The notes below the pieces were generated by a model. It ran no database searches. It was not told the origin of the DNA and saw nothing but the letters and a program-made list of their open reading frames with translations. A DNA stretch of 14,816 nucleotides from Lepidodermella squamata (Eukaryota; Animalia; Gastrotricha). Positions 9,101 to 14,816 of the stretch are shown here, in pieces. The stretch is from positions 1 to 14,816 of the forward strand of contig JBLDXI010000149.1 of the NCBI GenBank assembly GCA_047495785.1. Direction: 5' to 3'. Position 1 is the first letter of the stretch, and every line of letters begins with the position of its first letter. Made by a program: the position numbers and the translations under genes.

Positions 9101-11940
9101 GCCGAACTTTAATGCCGGCGATTCTTGTCATGATGCAACATTGCTGCGTTTCATCGACTGAAGACAGCAATAAAGCGCCGACCCTCGCCCCGTTACATCA
9201 CTTCATCCGGCGTGATTGGCTTATGGCTTTGACGGCGATTCTGTACAAATACGACTATAACACCGAGCAGTTGTTCACGGATGGGATTGTTAGCTTGATG
9301 ACGATTGTTATCGCCACGTTGCATTCAGCTACTCACGACTGTATCGGAGCTCATTCATCCGGCGATTATTCGTTCCATTCCTCCGCGGCCTTTCAACCCG
9401 GGTTGAAGCGGTCGTTGAGTTTGACGAATATGAGAGGGTCAACTTCATGGTCGGCAACCCCTGAACCTGATGTGTTACCCAGCACAGTTTCGCCGGGTCT
9501 AGCCTTTGGAGTTCAGGCCCAGGCGCATGGCAATCTCGACCAGTCTATCGGGCATGTCTCGACCAGTTCGAAATCAGCCTTCTCGCTATTTCCACGGGGT
9601 GGCCAGAAAAAGGGCGGCCTCCGCGATATTCTAGTCGAGGCTACGAAAACTTCAATGGCTAAAGCGCCGAGCGTCCACGCCGCTAGTCAACAACAGGCAC
9701 AGGCTAGTGACGATAACGACGCAGCCCTAGCCCGCCGTCGCTGCACTATGGCCTGTTCGATTTGCGGCGAACCGATTCTATCAATGTCGCCCGAAACCGT
9801 TGGCCTTTGCATTGTGTCTCTATGCGCTTTTGTGCATCGCGAGCCGGCTCTTGCCGCTCCGTTATTACTCGACGCGCTTCAAATTGTCGCTCGAGTGTCT
9901 AATTCCTTCCAATATTTCTGGCAGAAGGAAGACGTGTATGTTCATATTCCTGGAAATTGCGTATCTGTCGCGAAACAATTCTTGCGGATGTCGATGTGTC
10001 AACTTCAGCCGAACGGAGTTGTGCCTCTTTTATTCTCGAGTCGAATCTCTAGACCCCGCCAATTTTTCGGCGCGTTAGCCGCATCTTTACACGACTACCA
10101 CGAATTGACGAATAGCGGGTTGTTGCTCGATCTAGTTCGAAATCTGAACTCGAAAAAGTCGTTGAATCTGGAGAATACAGATCAAATTCTAGCGAATTTG
10201 GACGTTTATTTGAGTCACGTGACCCTGGAAAACATCCCGCCGTCTGAGGAACTCGACCTTCAAGTTCCGCAGCTGTTGACGAAGCTGAGCCTATCGCCTC
10301 AAATTCTTCAATCAGCGAATAAAACTATTTTCAACGTATTGGGCCATATGTTCCGCTTATTGCATCCGATTGCTAGTCGCGATTTGCTGGACGCTGCTTG
10401 TAAATTGGTCGCTGCGATTCTCCACGAGCCGAATACAAGTATCCCAGTCCAGGCTATGGTCAATTTATTCAATGCTATTAGCCGTTGTTACGCGAAAGAG
10501 CGAGATCGTCGTGTTTTTGTTCAATTCGTCTGTGCCGAGATGTTACACGTCATTCGTTGTACTGGCCTGGTTAATTATGCTAACGCTGTTTCGTTGCTAC
10601 TGTTCATCTCACTCGATGCTTGCCGTATCAGCCCGCCGTTGACATCGCATCTCGATCAACGAATCTGCGACCCAGCCTCTGGGGTCCCACTAGACGCGAA
10701 TTCTCTCGTCAGTCATGGTGTCACCCTAACAGGAGGCGCTTTAACCGTCCCAGCGAATGTCGCAGATCTCCTGAAGCCGTATTTGACTGATCTAATGAAT
10801 TTCGTTACCGATTTGCATGCGATTGTTAACATGAAAGTTGCGTTGAAGGGCCTGGAAACGCCGTTATTGGAAGATGTTGGAGGAGGTTATATCAAGTCGA
10901 TGGTTGCTCAAATTGCTTCCTGTCTGCTGGCTGATGCGACTAGTGCTGATCCTCGATCGCTGGGTCGATATATCCCGTGGCTGGTTCAGAATTCACAGAA
11001 CAGCTCACCTGACGTGTAAGATTTATTTTCATAAAAATCATTGAAAATTAACGAACAATTTAATTTGAGAAAAATTTTAATTTGAAAATGTGAAATTAAT
11101 TGAAATGATTGAAATTGATTATTAATTTGATTGGCTGGTTCATTGAAATAATTGAATTGAAATTGAAATTAATTTTAGTCTGAAAAATTTAATTTGTATA
11201 TATTTTGCAGAATGAAGCAATTCAGCGAAACTCTGGAGCATATTCGATGCCTGTCATGGCTTTTAATCGGCGCTCTGAGCCAAATGGCACTAACTGCCCG
11301 GCCCTGTGCGCCAATCCCAACTGATATGCACAGCCGAGTTTCCGATCAAATCCTCCTAGTCCTATCATCCTACGTCGATCACGAGACGGCCTCAGTCGCT
11401 CATATGACAGCGCTATTTCATGCTTTTCTACTCTGCGAATTGTGGACACTTTACGTGGAGCAACTCGTCGTTTATTCGCCGACTTCCCCATCACCGCTCT
11501 CAGGAACAGGCCACATTTGCACTTCTGCATCTGAATTCTGGGCCAAAGTCACGCCCACCTTAATTCATCTGTTCAGCGTTACGGGCGAGCGATTGACCGC
11601 TCGTCTAACTGAGTTATTCACCCTGCACTTCGTAAATTTGATCGAGTCACTACAACGAGCTCGATCGTCGACTCTGGCTAGTCTAATGCCACTCTGGTCG
11701 CCGATTTTATTCTCAGCCTTTTCGGGCACGCTCTCTGGCAATACGAATGTCCGCCTTCAAAATGTTTTAAGCTGGATGCCCCCGGCGCCGGGTGATGTTT
11801 TCACATTGCTGCCAGATCGAGAAACAATCGCACCAAGCGATTCGGCCTACAACATCTTGGCTTGTTTGGCAAAACTACGCTTTAAATTATCGCAAATCGA
11901 GGTTCAATCTTCGGCTGCCGTTCGTTTGTACCGCGTTTGA
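6117..11940 (+). CDS. unc-79: UNC-79 homolog (NALCN channel complex subunit), 5'-truncated copy; join(<6117..6747,6800..7542,[7991..8053],8672..11015,11211..11940)
   Basis: Segments recognised from memory as UNC79-like: MLEVLIGQMEL, PKLWQVL...WLCRFDAVERA, FNAFMGQLPALVDRN, RDWLMALTAILYKY, CSICG...ETVGLCIVSLCAFVHREPALAAPLLLD, HIRCLSWLLIGAL, and C-terminal QIEVQSSAAVRLYRV. All GT-AG junctions keep frame: 6748-6799 (AA|G), 7543-8671 (G|AT), 11016-11210 (GT|A). From ATG 6122 the join is 4443 nt (1480 aa) without the optional exon. Confidence 0.93.
7991..8053 (+). CDS. unc-79: Candidate 63-nt in-frame unc-79 cassette exon, (V)HQPAHSPSMVNASPSSTSAT(N); mirrored at 3185-3247 on the minus strand
   Basis: Acceptor ataatttttcttcggcag| and donor |gtaaat; phase 1 at both ends, matching flanking exons; no stop codon; more GC-rich than the surrounding intron. 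Confidence 0.6.
11016..11210 (+). repeat. Very AT-rich intron with degenerate AATTG(A) low-complexity repeats (mirrored at 28-222)
   Basis: Runs such as aattgaaatgattgaaattgatt and aattgaattgaaattgaaattaatt. Confidence 0.55.
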
Positions 11941-12290
11941 AAATGACGAATGAATTAACAGTGCAAACAAATATTGTGTGATTATTTTGTATTTTTTGGA
12001 GTATTTTCTCACCCCTGGTTTTTCATCGCTCATTGTTGCTTATGAACATATCATTTTTCTAGTCGAAAGCTAAATCTCTTCGTTTGAGTCGAATCTTTAT
12101 TGCTGCTTGCCCTGACTGCCGTATTTTTATAAAACTGCCATTACTTTTTTGTCAATTTGTCGTGTCAAGTCTTCTTAGACGGTGCCTCTCGGACGAGAAA
12201 TCCTATTGCATGCATTTTTCTATACTATTTTTCTATATATTTATTTTAGCGCGTCAAATATTGTCATTAAAATTCTCCTTAATTATGGTC

Positions 12291-12309
12291 TTATTTTTCT
12301 AATTTTTAG
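12291..12309 (+). promoter_or_regulatory. Pyrimidine tract plus AG acceptor 20 nt upstream of the COPB1 ATG (trans-splice site or end of a 5'-UTR intron)
   Basis: ttatttttctaatttttag| ends at 12309, ATG at 12330; I see no consensus gtaagt/gtgagt donor in the intergenic region. Confidence 0.45.
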
Positions 12310-12329
12310 GGATTTAATTTAAGTTTAAG

Positions 12330-14668
12330 ATGGCTTTGGCTGATTTGCCGTGCTACACCTTGATCCACGCTTCTGCCGATCAGGAGCCGATCAATGAGAT
12401 GAACATCCGTCAAACCTTCGAAAAGGGACGCCCTAACGAGAAAGCCGATGCTTTGAAACGCGTCATCGTCGCCATCATCGCTGGTGAAAAAATGAGCCCT
12501 TCCATGCTGATGGCTGTGATCCGCTTCGTCATGCCCACGCACGATCATTTGATCAAAAAATTGCTGTTGATTTTCTGGGAGGTTGTGCCGAAACACGGCG
12601 CCGATGGCAAGCTGTTGCATGAGATGATTTTGGTCTGCGATGCCTATCGTAAAGATCTGCAGCACCCTAACGAGTTCTTGCGTGGCTCAACTTTGCGTTT
12701 TCTGTGCAAGTTGAAGGATCACGAGCTGCTTGAACCACTCATGCCGGCTATTAAGGCCTGCTTGGACCATCGCCATTCATACGTTCGTCGCAACGCTGTT
12801 ATGGCTATCTTCACTATTTACAAGTAAGTCGAAAAACTCTACATTTTCAAAGTGAAATGCATTACTTCAAATTTGAAGCCAGCTTTATCAGTGACTTCTT
12901 GAATTGATTAAAATCGCTTAAATGTTCTTTTTAATTACCTAAATTTCAAGAAAATCACGAACTTCTTGCGAGTCTTGAAAAAATCGTCGGCCAGTTTTTA
13001 ACCACAGGTAGCTCTTAGGTATGGCTAACGCCAGGTAAAATTGTGCTCTTATCGGGTCATCTACTGTTTCGTAGCAAAAATTTCAAATGCCTTCGATCAC
13101 AACCCTGATTTGACCTTGCGAGAAAGCATCAATTATTTCGATTTTATGGGATTTTGATCATCAATCGGCCCAAGAATATATTTTTCGTAGAATGCCTAGT
13201 AAAATCGCTAAAACCCTGATATTTTTCAGTAAAAAATTACAAAGAAGTTTAATATAATTTTGTAATCAGAGCAGCCTGGTTCTTCGACCTAATTTCTTAA
13301 GGTTGACATTTTTAAAATATTTTTAATTAAAATTTTTGAATATTTTTCAATCTATACCATTATTTTTTAATTTATTCTATTTTTTTATAATTATAATAAT
13401 TTTCCAGGAATTTCGAGTTCTTGATCCCCGATGCTCCAGAGTTGATTTCCAACTTTCTGGACACCGAACAAGACGCGTCATGCAAACGCAACGCCTTCAT
13501 GATGCTGATCCACGTTGATCAGGAACGCGCGTTGGGCTACCTGTCGCGCTGCATGGACCAAGTCGGCCAGTTCAACGACATCCTCCAACTCGTCATTGTC
13601 GAACTGATCTACAAAGTGTGCCACAACAACCCGTCGGAGCGCGCTCGCTTCATCCGATGCGTCTACAACCTGCTGTCGTCATTGAGCCCCGCTGTTCGTT
13701 ATGAAGCCGCCGGCACCCTGCTCACCCTCAGCTCGGCACCTACAGCTATTAAGGCGGTCGCCAGTTGTTATATCGAACTCATTGTGAAAGAGAGCGATAA
13801 CAACGTGAAACTCATTGTTTTGAACCGATTGATTGAAATGAAGGAAGATCCTGTGAAAGAGCGAGTTCTGCAAGACATGGTTATGGATATTCTACGAGTC
13901 CTTGGCTCGTCCGATCTCGAGGTTTGCCGTAAGACACTGAACCTAGCCCTTGATTTGGTCACGGCTCGAACTGTCACTGAAATGGTGATGGTCCTGCGGA
14001 AGGAGGCTATCAAAACCGCGAGTGCTGTTGAGCAGGAAGAGAACGGCAAATTCCGCCAGTTGCTGGTCCGAACCCTGCATCAGTGTTCGTGCCGCTTCCC
14101 GGAGGTTGCTGCCGCTGTAATCCCAGCTCTTTCCGATTTCTTGACCGATCAGCAAGACACAGCGGCTGGTGATGTTATGCTGTTCTTCCGCGAGGCCGGA
14201 CATCGTTTCGAGCACCTTCGCCCTATTGTTGTATCGAAAGTCCTCGAGGTGTTGCCGTCGGTTAAAAACGTTAAAATTTTCCGATCTGGCCTGTGGATTC
14301 TCGGCGAGTATTGCCGATCTGCCGAAGACATTCAGGCGGTCATGTGCGTTGTCCGCCAGACCCTAGGCGAGCTGCCGATTGTTGAAGACGAATTGAAACG
14401 CGCGGCTGGTGACAATAAGGAGGAAGAAGTCGCTCAGGTTGCGGCGGTTGGCCCGAAGAAGCTGGTCACGGAGATGGGTACGTACGCTACGCAGACGGCG
14501 TTTTCGGTTAAGCAGAGCCAGGCGGCGTCGCAGCGAAACAAGGACAGGCCGCCACTTCGCAAGTTTTTGATGGAGGGCGATTTCTTTATTGGCGCCGCGT
14601 TGGCTACTGTTCTGTGCAAGCTGGCCTACCGCTTCCAGAAATCGACCGATCACAAGAAGCTGAAGAAT
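12330..14668 (+). CDS. COPB1: Coatomer subunit beta (beta-COP), 3'-partial; join(12330..12823,13408..14668), 585 aa, continuing past an intron that starts at 14669
   Basis: Highly conserved beta-COP motifs: [119 protein letters not shown]. Intron 12824-13407 (AA|gtaagt...tttccag|G) joins YK-NFEFLIP in frame; next donor AAT|gtgagt at 14669. Confidence 0.97.
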
Positions 14669-14816
14669 GTGAGTTTTATTTTTTTGACTTTCCCATTTTC
14701 CCAAAATAACAAATTTTTCGAAGAAAACCAGGTAAACCCCCGATGTTAACTGTTTCGGTAAATTTATCGGTATTATACGAATTTCTCCCGTATTTTCTTT
14801 ACTCCTGTTTCCAAAT

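Larger units (their letters stand above)
6117..11237. repeat. Right arm of the large inverted repeat (reverse complement of 1-5121)
   Basis: 6117 acgtgatgaatctaatgctgg is the reverse complement of 5101-5121; 11221-11237 ttcagcgaaactctgga is the reverse complement of 1-17. Confidence 0.98.

Noticed and set aside
1-11237. Arms as terminal inverted repeats of a transposon (Foldback or Maverick type)
   Set aside because: The arms are host gene exons and introns, the spacer has no transposase or integrase, and no element boundary or target-site duplication is visible.
12930-12950. tttaattacctaaatttcaag resembling SL1 within the COPB1 intron (possible SL RNA gene)
   Set aside because: No GG start, not followed by a GT donor, no evident Sm-site arrangement, and the context is AT-rich.
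13679-14704. Short antisense and alternate-frame ORFs over COPB1 (and similar ones over unc-79)
   Set aside because: Shadow ORFs expected over conserved, GC-richer coding exons.
14669-14749. ORF tail [26 protein letters not shown] as the COPB1 C-terminus
   Set aside because: Read-through into an intron starting gtgagt; beta-COP is considerably longer.

Overview
Eukaryotic (invertebrate metazoan, possibly nematode) genomic DNA with GT-AG introns. The window is dominated by a large, apparently perfect palindrome: 1-5121 is the reverse complement of 6117-11237 (position x pairs with 11238-x, no indels seen), around a 995-bp unique spacer (5122-6116). The arms carry two divergent copies of an unc-79 gene (NALCN/UNC-80 channel-complex scaffold), and both lack the 5' part of the gene. 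The minus copy continues through the spacer with one extra upstream exon and intron and is cut mid-exon at about 6117-6120. The plus copy begins mid-exon at 6117 and runs to its stop at 11940. The geometry is a fold-back inversion with a self-complementary ACGT at the junction. The most likely cause is an amplification, chimeric-read or assembly artefact, though a very recent real inverted duplication cannot be excluded from sequence alone. A coatomer beta (COPB1) gene starts on the same strand 389 bp after the unc-79 stop and runs off the right edge. A candidate 63-nt in-frame cassette exon lies in an unc-79 intron. I see no supportable evidence for a novel biological system beyond these observations.
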